From: a virus
Taxonomy: Duplodnaviria; Caudoviricetes
Reading direction: 5' to 3' (one strand)
DNA: 24,597 nucleotides
Virus record (IMG/VR): IMGVR_UViG_3300017780_003492
Span: 1 to 24,597 of that record
In this document: positions 9,901 through 18,199 of the stretch, piece by piece
Layout: each line of letters starts with the position of its first letter
Position numbering within the stretch: the stretch's first letter is position 1
Program-made: the position numbers and the translations under genes
The notes under the pieces: generated by a model
What the model was told of the DNA's origin: nothing
Database searches by the model: none
What the model saw: only the letters and a program-made list of their open reading frames with translations

Positions 9901-10684
9901 TAGGTGTAATTGATAAATTAGATTTATACATATAAGGTGTTGACAACAAATACCCCATAGATACTTCAGCAATTGCACTAAATTGATATGTGTGAAATTT
10001 TAAATCAACATTAAAGTTACCACTATTATAATCAAATCTAGCATTAAACGACCTTAACATTAATTTATATTTAACACCTTTACCGTAAAACCCTTTTAAT
10101 GTTAATTCAAACATAGGGTAAGGCATATTAAAGAACGCAGCATATGGTGAACTATTACCCGCTTCAAACAACGCTCTACCTTTAACATCTTGTAATGTAA
10201 TATCAAAGGTCGGCATAAAATCTAAACCTTGTCTAATATTAATACTTGTAATACCCAATAATCCATTATCAGTTGTCACCTCTTTACCATTTGATAACAT
10301 ATTTTGTCTAATATACGTATCATTAGATACTTTAGGGTTACTTATCGTTGTTTTATTAGGTTGATTTACACCTTTACCAACTAAACTACCCTTACCTGTT
10401 ATCTCATCAGTATAAGCGTTATTTAAATACTCAGTCCCACCAGGTGACATAAAATTCATTGACGCAATTGATATAGTTTGAATACTATCATTAATTGCTA
10501 CCCCTAAGGCTAATTTAGTTCTTGGAAAGACCTGACACTCCAAATTAGCGTACATTACTAAGTCTTCCTGTTTAACATATCGTTCTTTAATAACACCTTT
10601 TTCGTCAACAACTTTATTTGGGTCAACTATAATAATGTTATTATAATCAAAATCTACAAATATATTTTCTGTTTTACCTACCAT
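3980..10684 (-). CDS. Very large baseplate hub protein (gp27/gpD/VgrG-like) with large insertions
   Basis: N-terminal LGITSINIRQ...PTFDITLQDVKG and near-C-terminal YTCSLSMMGNALIQPTMYFNLRHVPMFHGPYMITTVNHSISPGNFETVVEG resemble the two ends of the hub fold. It directly follows the LysM gene, the usual hub position. Confidence 0.65.
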   Translation of the reverse strand: MVGKTENIFVDFDYNNIIIVDPNKVVDEKGVIKERYVKQEDLVMYANLECQVFPRTKLALGVAINDSIQTISIASMNFMSPGGTEYLNNAYTDEITGKGSLVGKGVNQPNKTTISNPKVSNDTYIRQNMLSNGKEVTTDNGLLGITSINIRQGLDFMPTFDITLQDVKGRALFEAGNSSPYAAFFNMPYPMFELTLKGFYGKGVKYKLMLRSFNARFDYNSGNFNVDLKFHTYQFSAIAEVSMGYLLSTPYMYKSNLSITPKTGGPSNVKKINNENTYKGFEKVKEVYNEYKSKGLLPENFPYLTIGQLRYNIEYFVKNVLDSFTKQNLDALTNIEMYQRDIVQLRKDVYMAQTTSWIETNLDTKNYIVLKENGLGSVKSIPNQTSGVTNSMSSKSGGNTTKTPIKFIYTFKKELKEPSQRSEARSKLEGIVNEAVKKLNDNTTLGANGFYTIDNKKTSSSIAVKLSYDMFVQPIFTKEDVDLEKTYMLFKNTKKEPTDEELTEFEMDLVKKGVLKNEVNSTYVLKDGVPEPITEYFFYEGAKSFTEELNNIENQSKKLRKQIETELSDALFKLLQSSDSGIGFKPTIRNVLSVVFANGEAFLRMLEEVHKKAWEVRMDSDRKKAVFNSSVSNANPDNTTPGLNEDVPVYPWPTFLIQTNGEDGHEKFEPKYPGDRDVVSLTKGYDYSVWPEVEFVEEFSNAYTSRGKGETSAGPTMNSVTDVKRITLNAIEFPISNNVFENKEEVKFFYEIFERILSISTMSRLNRLSQNVSSKDIIANLISESETINIRESLSNDNPFLIKKLSEYAYSSNNFLNVLRHISNQGVGVSWQNYIRAIYNTVYIKNQIQFSFFDEVVLGLSMSKPLVSLENEPKFNELLTQTTITNNVDFLDVYPFIDITWIKDKLPGGKNISQVSEVFNTTNTISYDKNLKVLTNFTLKPKLMPITNFVYNGNVNLPRPESFAQLKEFYTPRIKPDKQLITEGNLEYVNYSGYVSNKQTISMLNTPYFTNAIQEGVKHFREYNQYPFISAAYLFINSLPLTTFSEKFKDYELNSTTELDYVFGTLKKFGAIHKLPYPWILKVGSIWHRYKKYINNGVDILDGVWKNFDYKGNFDPTASAATKNYTLTVDGGVIDIILEKNAVFGDETSTLINTGFYPKVINDFNLFYQGFEVFSGYTNTEIQEGIDTFKVGLKFVDDTLISGIKGFDKKSPKRDLKVIPWSVFVEGLDGKSTYPLPSMGSVMNQAKSECFKGTEMKIELYQNQSMFNGTVRCFWALPTYGYFDNGRVFKNNPKQYLKELLVVDENKQTQNIKQPNYSILGDTNRYHDISEIFSVFEKDILDLFETKFLDFSKSMYDINDSIDYGLNFQKLMVDMMKIPTQTGVTSTEIVNKIMTQQLTSVNQSISKFLDTTQYIQYGNPGNYDRKLFLTFSNYELTDPYVWEKYEVVTKNALPTNGGTVTLSASKNSYPNEWKTLETYIGFSDAPYLEYSNSGSYITDFFVDLNVAFTEENIKRFSPIIKIYATQKLRDYLDSAVIPSNAPNRNSYAVLTDGNIIELLPGVEGKVAPVLYTSNKELITSGPLSKLRGKNPEDKIFNQMILNYYGPFGLDDNPIVTKYIRPKNLMNKVPYKSNFNFENFKKMVDEYVNDISGFQDRTLNNLMLRLQVILPSVTSTPEEITTSNLESPLGKLEYWESFKSLNDKWIAGYEFSNKTLFEDVLMLDRASRNIGDDILVDIYKLKSRLDTLFNDSPLVDMLSFAESILIENNFVVMNLPSYVNFYNISEVSKNAKPKLESTSEFANTLFGTYLNVDTRQSSAKMVCTYAGNSSQHLDIKNIDYKFRDDAFDIRKSDNPLVENQIDKNDYDKSNRVVGFNVDIGTQNQSIFYNFSVGQETGTATAESLEVENMMANMSSGKNSATQSISLYNIYKNRSYTCSLSMMGNALIQPTMYFNLRHVPMFHGPYMITTVNHSISPGNFETVVEGIRQPTASVLKIDNYIQTLKVNLLTTIIDKQKTELENTKKLEATNTTSKEKANETKKNVTENKELDNTNSCSNLLLAKFKKYEPIDTPIKTSVSPKELVTKILTRMSNKFVNDNGKLKYAIFYIFYINGYSNNKFNSFENNYAQVSLDNEWTNINKTKYFCMSMELKNDSVPYATFQSISDHIDFLIDRNKSRMENVKTDNLPSELAKFYLKNVYPNVPSSVYDNSDVGFYTKKADESIKLFDKTKKGVNI

Positions 10685-11000
10685 AATAATAGAATCTCGT
10701 TTCTAATTGATTGTTATAATCCTGTAATGAAGCTACTAAAGGAAATGGAATTGTCAATATAGAACCATCAGTTATATTCCATTCTTGTCCACCATACTTC
10801 GGATTTGCTAACAAAATTAACCAACCAAAATAAGGTGTTCCATAATGTTGTTGTGACATTTTATCTAATCTAGATAAACCAACTTTATATATAAATCTTT
10901 TATCAGTATTTTTATTTGGTAAATTCACATATGGTACAACAGTTTGTTGACCATTAATAACAAAATCATTATATCTATTGTAATATTGTCTACCAGCCAT
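10674..11000 (-). CDS. LysM-like baseplate wedge protein (T4 gp53 / P2 gpX-like)
   Basis: RLDKMSQQHYGTPYFGWLILLANP...GSILTIP is the characteristic pattern; overlaps the hub start by 11 nt. Confidence 0.8.
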   Translation of the reverse strand: MAGRQYYNRYNDFVINGQQTVVPYVNLPNKNTDKRFIYKVGLSRLDKMSQQHYGTPYFGWLILLANPKYGGQEWNITDGSILTIPFPLVASLQDYNNQLETRFYYYGR

Positions 11001-11002
11001 AA

Positions 11003-14000
11003 TTAATTGAATTTAATTTTACCGTCAAAGGTTCCAAAGTCATTTATTTTTGACGAGTCACCCACATATAAATTCTTTAAACCTGTTTCACTTAACACTT
11101 TAGTTGCAGGGTCAGGAACTGTTGTGAAATTCACAATTCTAGGTAAAGATTTTTTAAATAACACATCATTAACACCCGTTGTATATTTTTTATATTCAGG
11201 TGATTTTTTGAATTTTTCAAAGAATTTATCTTCTTCTTTTATTTCATCTTTATATTTATCAGCCAAATCATCAACGATATTACCAAACACTCTATTCAAA
11301 TTTTTAGGTTTTTTAACCGACAATAAATTTGGTGTCATTATTTTTTTCTTAAAATCCTGAAGTTTATTTTTATCAGAAAAAATCCTACCAACAATCGTAA
11401 AAAATCTTTTACTTTCTAATGACCCTAAATCTGTTTGTGATGTAAACGACCCATCATCTTTATAATCAGGTGGTAATATCTTCTCTTTAGTAATTAATTC
11501 ATTAAAATTATTTAATGATGTAACAACTTTAAAATAATCAGTTTCAACATTATTTAAATTACTTGTTAATCTATAAATTTTAACACTACCATTTTCTAAT
11601 ATTTTACCATCATATCCTGAGTTAACATAATTAATTTTTCTAATAGTCTGAACCATTTCAACTTGTTGATTTGTCATTTTATTATTAACAACAGTCGCAA
11701 TGTCAGTAGACAAAGTACTTTTTAACCCATTGATGTATTTATTTAAATTCGTTTTTAAAATGTTAAGAATAACAGGGTCAGTAAAACCTTCTCCTTTTAA
11801 GTCTTTTATTATAGGGTTTTTTTCATCTCTAACATCGTCGTTAACTTTAGTAAACAACTTTTCAACATTTTCTTGGAATGAGGGTTTACCTAAAATACTA
11901 ACCGAATAATTCATTTTAGTAAAGACTGTACCTTTTTTGAAATTTCTTTTACCACAAATCAACTGTAACATTGCATAATTAGTTTTTAACATTAATTCAC
12001 TCAATGAATTAACACTATTTTCAAAATAAGTTTTAGCATTATCAAACATTTTATCCATAATCACCATATAACTCATTTCACCCGTTTCACCTCCTGTTGT
12101 AGGTGTTGTTGTTTTAATAACACCGATAGTTGACGCACCTTCATTTGAAGGTTGGACCGCAGCGTTTTTAACAGTTACAGGTGGTAATTTAGCAACAATT
12201 TGGTCAACAACATACTTATCTAACGCAGAAGTATCTTCAGTTGCCGTCGCTCTTTCGTCATATATTTCAGTATTAGCGTAGTAGTTAAATGATAACGCAT
12301 TTTGTAATTGGTCCACAGGTTCTTTTAATCCCATCCCACCAATCATTTTAAAACTTAATGTTACATTCGCTAACATTGGTTGAACACCAATACCTTCAGG
12401 ATTCATATCTAATGATAATGGTTCATATGTAAATGCAACACTATCAGGTATTATTTTAGTGTTATAAAAGTCACCAATTCTAAGTATTAAAACAGGTGGA
12501 GCACCAAATGATGTATTAACCGCATCAGGACTTTTAATTTGATTGTCACTAATTACCGGTATTGTTTCTCCAGGTCTAACACATTGATTCAAGAAAGTTA
12601 AACGAGCATTCAACCCTTCAGGTGTCATTGAGTGAAATGTTGGGTTAAAGTATTTAATCTTTTCCCTAAATGAATCATACAATATAGGGTCATTTTCTTT
12701 AATCACTTGGAAATAGTCACATTCCGATAAAATATATCTTAATATTTTTTTAGAAATTCCGGCTTTAACTTCTTGTGAAATTGTTAGTGTAGATTCCGGT
12801 TTTTTAACAGGTGCGCTTGACGTTACCCCTGTTGTTGCAATTGGTGGGTTAACCACTTCTTTTTGTGGTTCAGGGTCTTCTTTTTGTTTTGGTTTAGGGT
12901 CAACCTTAATATTACTAATACGAACTCTACGACAAGCCATTGCACTTGTTGCATTAATTAACGCTATGGTTTTAGAACCTTTAAAAACAATATCAGGTTT
13001 TTGGTCCACAGTACAATTAACATCAGTACCTGTTCCCGAATTATCAGTTGTTCCACTACCCGACCCGGCGTTTATTGATGTCTTAGGTATAACTGTTTGT
13101 TCACCTGTCCCTTTTTTCGCAACAACTTTAAATGTTGCATCAGGACCTTCCATAAATTTACCTAAATTAGCTTCACCAATTGGTTTATTTTTAAAAAAAT
13201 TTTTAATTGTGGATATACGTCTTTCTGATAACAATCTATTATATTCAACCTCAGCAATTGCGGATGCTGAACCTTCCATTTCAATAGTAATAGTCCCTAA
13301 TCCTTTTGATAATATATTATAAGCATCAACGATGAAATTTTTGTCACCACCAGCTATCTCATCAAAGTTAGGTTTAATAATAGTATTGAAAAAACTTGTC
13401 GTATTTCTATCAGTATTACCCGATTTAAACACACTATCAGCATTTTTCTGATATAAACTAATATTATCATCACTAGTATATGATTTGTAAATGTCTTCAT
13501 AATCAATACTAGTTGTTGTTTGTGGATTTTTACCAGGTATATCATTTTCAAAATAAAACGCAAAGTCAACATATTTGTCCTGAAACTCTTTAACTGAATT
13601 ATCTTCAGGTTGGTCTTTTTTACTTGTATTATCAGTCTCAACTGATGCCGTTGAAGTTCCACCATTACCTGAATTATCTTTTGGTATTTCTCTAACAACT
13701 TTACCTATAGTTTCTAAATTAGTTTTTCTTGGGTCATTTAAAATTGTTTGTATTGTATATAACTCACTTACAGGTAATGTGTTAAATTTAATCGCTAACT
13801 CATATATATCATACTTCACACATCCCGCAAAGAACGAATCAATAATTGAATCAACCCTTTGTTTTGACGCATTTTTTAATTGTTTTTCAACAATAGTGTT
13901 CATAACTGAAGGGTGGTCAACAATCATTTTCCAACTTAATGAACCTGTTCTACTTGTACTTTTATAAGTATATATTGGTTCAGGTCTACCTAAAAATGTA

Positions 14001-16036
14001 GTAGCATTCCAATCAGCCTGACTACTATCATTAAACTGTAAGTTATAAGGTGGGAACCACATTACTCTACCTCCATTAGGACCTCTCTCACATACTGGTA
14101 AATCTTCATAAGTAAAACCAGGTTTACTTGATGTTCTCCAAGCCAAATTCTCAATTGAGAACATATATTTTTTTACTTTACCTTTTGAACTATTCCAATC
14201 AGAACCCCCTTGAATTATATTTGTTGAATCAACACCTTTTAACGGTGCTATGTTTAGATTGTAAGTATTATCTAACACAGAATAAGTAAATCGTCTACCT
14301 GAAGTTGTTATACCATCAGTCTTTTGTAAATCACCATATGTTAAGTAAGGAGTATCTTTAGTAAACACACGGCAATATTCCATACCTTTATCATCACCTG
14401 ACGTATTATCTTTATATGAAACAACCATAGAACCTTTGGTCATTTCTTTATACCCATCATTAAAAACTTTACTAACTTGATTAATAGCATTACCAACGTG
14501 TTTTAATCTATTACCACCTGAAACCGCATCTGAAGCATCAATTAATCTTTGAGTATTATCTAAAATTGAATTCTCTTTAAAGTCAACATTTGTTGATTCA
14601 TCTTTTTGAATGTAGCTTGAAATTTGACTAAATCCTTCGTCCTTTGAACCATTACCCCCACCAGGTGTTGCACTATAACCCGCGTTTGATTTGTATTTTT
14701 TTGATGTCCATAAAAAACCACCATCAATTGCCCCCGAATTAGTGTACGATAATCCCGCTAAACCAAAATTTAATTTACTAATATTACCTTCATATAGTAT
14801 ACCCATTTCTGAAGGTCCGTATACAGGTGTCTGAACTTGTTCACCATACGCATTCTTAGGGATAGCGTTTGAAGGTGAGGTAATTAAACTAGGTTCAGAA
14901 TTAGTACTTCCAACATAATACCCGCCTGAAATAGTCCCATTAGGATTTATGATACTAGCCGCTAAATCAACTATTGTACCAACAATTCCTAATATACCAC
15001 CAAATTCTTTTTTATAACCAGGTTGATATCTATTGTATTCTAAATTTTTAAATAATACCGACCTTTGACCATTACCCGTATTCGCCAAAAATAATTGAGA
15101 AGGATTACGACTTAAATTTAAAATAGGGGCTAATAAACCACCTGTTAATTGATTACCAATATTTAACGCCACTGACGTTTGTCTTGATTGTAATCCACCA
15201 ACAGTATTTTCATTAAAATAATCACCCGGTATAAATGAAACAGGCCAATATGCTCCCGATAATCTTGTTGCAAAATCAACGGCTCTTGTTACAGGTTGTT
15301 CAGGTATTGTAATTCTCCAATTACGATATATTAACGGTTCTTTACCTGAAGCAATCATACTCGCCTCAAAAGGGTCTTGTAACGATTCTAAATTAACTAA
15401 ACCAATGGTACTTTGATATATCTCAGTATCAATTCGTTCTTTAAATAACGCTCTTAATTGTTTTGAACCTAATCTCGCTAAAAAAGAATCATTAGATAAT
15501 GGACCACTATCACCTGTTGGATTATCCGAAATTAATATTTCATAAGGACTATAAAACGACGGAACAAAAGTTGTTGGGTACGGTAAAAATAATTGATTAT
15601 TATTTTGAGTATCCACTACACTAAAAACATTCACATACTTCGCATCAGGAGGTAAGAAAATATTTTTAATTGCCGGTGATGTTGGTAAAACATTTAAATA
15701 CAAATCACCACTAGCTAAAACTTTACTATCAACCACATAATAAGGTCCTTGGTTTGAATTAACAGGTAATGGGGGACCATTAAATGTTATGTCAATATTA
15801 TATCCACCATCAGGACCGAATTGGTTCAATGGATATAACTGTTTTGCATACGGGTCATTAGCAATCAAATCATTAGGTGAATCAACAACAGGTGATTGAC
15901 TTAATGACACCTCATAATTCAAAGGTCCTGAAGGAGGTGTGTAAACACCTGTAACAGAATAACTGGCTAAATTTTTAGCCATTAACACATCTCTAAATGA
16001 TGATGATGACGCAAATGATAAAGTACTATTCGGCAT
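11003..16036 (-). CDS. Large baseplate / tail-tube-initiator-like protein containing an OmpA-like domain
   Basis: WNATTFLGRPEPIYTYKSTSRTGSLSW and PPVLILRIGDFY...PMLANVTLSFKMIG resemble halves of a tube-initiator (gp48/gp54/gpU-like) domain. Between them lies FYFEND...IEMEGSAS...YNRLLSERR...CRRVRI. Located between TMP and LysM genes. Confidence 0.65.
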   Translation of the reverse strand: MPNSTLSFASSSSFRDVLMAKNLASYSVTGVYTPPSGPLNYEVSLSQSPVVDSPNDLIANDPYAKQLYPLNQFGPDGGYNIDITFNGPPLPVNSNQGPYYVVDSKVLASGDLYLNVLPTSPAIKNIFLPPDAKYVNVFSVVDTQNNNQLFLPYPTTFVPSFYSPYEILISDNPTGDSGPLSNDSFLARLGSKQLRALFKERIDTEIYQSTIGLVNLESLQDPFEASMIASGKEPLIYRNWRITIPEQPVTRAVDFATRLSGAYWPVSFIPGDYFNENTVGGLQSRQTSVALNIGNQLTGGLLAPILNLSRNPSQLFLANTGNGQRSVLFKNLEYNRYQPGYKKEFGGILGIVGTIVDLAASIINPNGTISGGYYVGSTNSEPSLITSPSNAIPKNAYGEQVQTPVYGPSEMGILYEGNISKLNFGLAGLSYTNSGAIDGGFLWTSKKYKSNAGYSATPGGGNGSKDEGFSQISSYIQKDESTNVDFKENSILDNTQRLIDASDAVSGGNRLKHVGNAINQVSKVFNDGYKEMTKGSMVVSYKDNTSGDDKGMEYCRVFTKDTPYLTYGDLQKTDGITTSGRRFTYSVLDNTYNLNIAPLKGVDSTNIIQGGSDWNSSKGKVKKYMFSIENLAWRTSSKPGFTYEDLPVCERGPNGGRVMWFPPYNLQFNDSSQADWNATTFLGRPEPIYTYKSTSRTGSLSWKMIVDHPSVMNTIVEKQLKNASKQRVDSIIDSFFAGCVKYDIYELAIKFNTLPVSELYTIQTILNDPRKTNLETIGKVVREIPKDNSGNGGTSTASVETDNTSKKDQPEDNSVKEFQDKYVDFAFYFENDIPGKNPQTTTSIDYEDIYKSYTSDDNISLYQKNADSVFKSGNTDRNTTSFFNTIIKPNFDEIAGGDKNFIVDAYNILSKGLGTITIEMEGSASAIAEVEYNRLLSERRISTIKNFFKNKPIGEANLGKFMEGPDATFKVVAKKGTGEQTVIPKTSINAGSGSGTTDNSGTGTDVNCTVDQKPDIVFKGSKTIALINATSAMACRRVRISNIKVDPKPKQKEDPEPQKEVVNPPIATTGVTSSAPVKKPESTLTISQEVKAGISKKILRYILSECDYFQVIKENDPILYDSFREKIKYFNPTFHSMTPEGLNARLTFLNQCVRPGETIPVISDNQIKSPDAVNTSFGAPPVLILRIGDFYNTKIIPDSVAFTYEPLSLDMNPEGIGVQPMLANVTLSFKMIGGMGLKEPVDQLQNALSFNYYANTEIYDERATATEDTSALDKYVVDQIVAKLPPVTVKNAAVQPSNEGASTIGVIKTTTPTTGGETGEMSYMVIMDKMFDNAKTYFENSVNSLSELMLKTNYAMLQLICGKRNFKKGTVFTKMNYSVSILGKPSFQENVEKLFTKVNDDVRDEKNPIIKDLKGEGFTDPVILNILKTNLNKYINGLKSTLSTDIATVVNNKMTNQQVEMVQTIRKINYVNSGYDGKILENGSVKIYRLTSNLNNVETDYFKVVTSLNNFNELITKEKILPPDYKDDGSFTSQTDLGSLESKRFFTIVGRIFSDKNKLQDFKKKIMTPNLLSVKKPKNLNRVFGNIVDDLADKYKDEIKEEDKFFEKFKKSPEYKKYTTGVNDVLFKKSLPRIVNFTTVPDPATKVLSETGLKNLYVGDSSKINDFGTFDGKIKFN

Positions 16037-16053
16037 TACTTATTTCTTTATTT

Positions 16054-16061
16054 AATAAATA
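16054..16061 (-). promoter_or_regulatory. Putative late promoter motif TATTTATT
   Basis: 17 nt upstream of ATG 16036. Confidence 0.4.
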
Positions 16062-16076
16062 GATTATAACACTATT

Positions 16077-17978
16077 TTATTTACTCATGTATCCTTTTCG
16101 ACCATCATTAGTTTTAGCATTAGTTATCGCTTTAACCAATAATTCACGAACTTGTGTATCACTTTGTAATAATCTTTCTAGTTTTGCTTTAGACTCACTA
16201 TCCGAAGTATCAACTTTAACAGTTAAGACAATCTCACCTGAAAGATTTTCTTTGGCCGATAAACTACTCATTTCCATTACTTGTTCTTTTGTTAAACCTG
16301 AATTAGTTTCAATTTTTTTAAACACATCAACATTATTTTCAGGTCTAATTTTTGACATATCAACTTGTAAATTTTTCTTTTCATTTGTTTTTTCAGGTGA
16401 TATTTTTTTATCAACATCACCAAGTTTTTCATTTTTTGAAAAAAAATCAGCACCACTAACAACTGTAGAATTTAACATCTGAACAAATTCATTAGTTGAT
16501 GATAATAGTTTTTGTTCTTCAGTACCTAAGTTTTTCTTTAAATCTTCATATACACTACCAAAACCACCTTTAACATCATTTAAAACAGTTGATAAACTTT
16601 GTCCAACTTCAGTTAATGAACCTTCACCTTTTGATAATTTAATTAAAGATTGTGTTAAAACACCCACTTCATTGTCAAACCCTTGTCTTAATTTAGACAC
16701 ATCAAAAGAATTTGAAACTGCATCTGTTCCCGCTCTAACAATTTTTCGTTCAGCCTGTCTTATTTTACCACCCGTTTTAGAACCGGCAAAAGCCAAACCT
16801 GTTTTGTTTGCAATTGAATCAATTCCCGCTTCAATAGCTTTTGATGTGGTTAATTGTTCTAAAGCAAGTTCTTCCAAAGTTTTAGGTTGTGATGACTCTA
16901 AAAAATCTTTTAAACCTTTTTGGTCACCTTTAAATTGTTGTAATACTTCATTAACATCTTTCATTTCCCCATCAACCTTCATTTGAATCTTACCATCTTT
17001 CATTTGGGAAATGTTGGCAATCATCGTTTTTTGTTCCTCACTTGCAAAATCAGGAAATGAAATTTTTTGCATTTTGATATCCAACTCAGCACTTGCCTTA
17101 GACATTTTAGCAAATTCATCAACATTCATACCCGCAGCATCAGCCAATTTTTTCATTCTTCTGATACTACCAGGTGCGATTCGGATATTTCCTTTTTCAT
17201 CTAACTCAGTCAAAGATTTACCCATATCACTAATTGACTTCATAAATTGTTCAGGGTCATTCATTGACATATTCATCAATTTAAGAGGGTCTAACAATTC
17301 ACTTTGTGTTACACCTAACCTTTGGAACGCTGACGCCATTTCAATAGCACCTTCAGGGTCAAATGCTTTATCAACAGCCTGCATCATACTACTCATATTA
17401 ACACGTAATGTTGCTGATGTAGCAGCCATTTTAGACAAACCTTCAACACCACCTTTGAAATTATGAGTATCTAATGATTTCATGTTGTCTAACACACCTG
17501 CAGAAACCGCTTGCATACTAACACCTAACGCTCTTGATGTATCCAACACTGTTTGCATCTCAGACCCAATATTATTCATATTATAACCTGCGTTGATAAA
17601 ACCATCTTGTAATGTTTTCATACTTTGACCTGAAACTTCAGCCGCGGCATATATTTCACTAAAGTATTCATTTGATGCAATAACATTTCGTCCTGTAGTT
17701 TCAAGTAAACCTTGCTGAATGGTTTCCAAGTCCCCCATACTACCACCCATACTAATAATCTTAGATGCGGCATCAGTCATAGCACTTCTAATCTCATCAG
17801 ACATCTCAGCACCAACACCCATATATTTTTGGATATTAGAAGTTGACGCTTCAACCTTATCAAAGGTCTCCATTATCTTATCAGAACTAAAATTACTTAG
17901 TACCGCCTCTTCAATTTTAGTTTTATAACCTGATAAGGCTTCACCTACAGGTTCTTTACCTTTTTCTTCATAACTCAT
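16077..17978 (-). CDS. Tail tape measure protein
   Basis: 633 aa, helical-type composition rich in Ala/Ser/Met/Lys/Glu/Gln with few aromatics. Lies right after tube and chaperone genes and before baseplate genes. Confidence 0.75.
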   Translation of the reverse strand: MSYEEKGKEPVGEALSGYKTKIEEAVLSNFSSDKIMETFDKVEASTSNIQKYMGVGAEMSDEIRSAMTDAASKIISMGGSMGDLETIQQGLLETTGRNVIASNEYFSEIYAAAEVSGQSMKTLQDGFINAGYNMNNIGSEMQTVLDTSRALGVSMQAVSAGVLDNMKSLDTHNFKGGVEGLSKMAATSATLRVNMSSMMQAVDKAFDPEGAIEMASAFQRLGVTQSELLDPLKLMNMSMNDPEQFMKSISDMGKSLTELDEKGNIRIAPGSIRRMKKLADAAGMNVDEFAKMSKASAELDIKMQKISFPDFASEEQKTMIANISQMKDGKIQMKVDGEMKDVNEVLQQFKGDQKGLKDFLESSQPKTLEELALEQLTTSKAIEAGIDSIANKTGLAFAGSKTGGKIRQAERKIVRAGTDAVSNSFDVSKLRQGFDNEVGVLTQSLIKLSKGEGSLTEVGQSLSTVLNDVKGGFGSVYEDLKKNLGTEEQKLLSSTNEFVQMLNSTVVSGADFFSKNEKLGDVDKKISPEKTNEKKNLQVDMSKIRPENNVDVFKKIETNSGLTKEQVMEMSSLSAKENLSGEIVLTVKVDTSDSESKAKLERLLQSDTQVRELLVKAITNAKTNDGRKGYMSK

Positions 17979-17995
17979 ATTTCAAATGTCTATAT

Positions 17996-18003
17996 AATAA
18001 ATA
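17996..18003 (-). promoter_or_regulatory. Putative late promoter motif TATTTATT
   Basis: 17 nt upstream of ATG 17978. Confidence 0.4.
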
Positions 18004-18013
18004 CACCAAAGGA

Positions 18014-18199
18014 TTATTTTTCCTTTGGTGTATAATCTTCAATAATTCTGTTAATCAAGAATTTACGAATGTATGTTGGTATTTTTAGATATTCACTATA
18101 TTGTGTTCTTAATATCTTGGATAAGAGATAATATTCTTCTAGAATATATCTTCCATAATCAGAAGAAAGGTCGAAAAAAGTCCACCCCAAAGGATACAC
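18014..18199 (-). CDS. Second tail assembly chaperone ORF, probably expressed as a frameshift extension of the upstream gene
   Basis: Overlaps the upstream gene by 41 nt in the +1 frame. It has only a GTG/TTG start and no internal Met. The YSEYLKIPTYIRKFLI pattern resembles gpT/gp51-like small chaperone parts. Confidence 0.65.
   Translation of the reverse strand: MYPLGWTFFDLSSDYGRYILEEYYLLSKILRTQYSEYLKIPTYIRKFLINRIIEDYTPKEK

Noticed and set aside
3980-16036. Inteins, introns or homing endonucleases explaining the very large ORFs
   Set aside because: No intein splice-junction, LAGLIDADG, HNH or GIY-YIG motifs recognised, and the frames are uninterrupted.
16063-16071. Extended -10 TGTTATAAT on the minus strand upstream of the 1677 aa gene
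   Set aside because: No -35 element and an AT-rich context; the adjacent TATTTATT motif fits the pattern of the other structural genes better.
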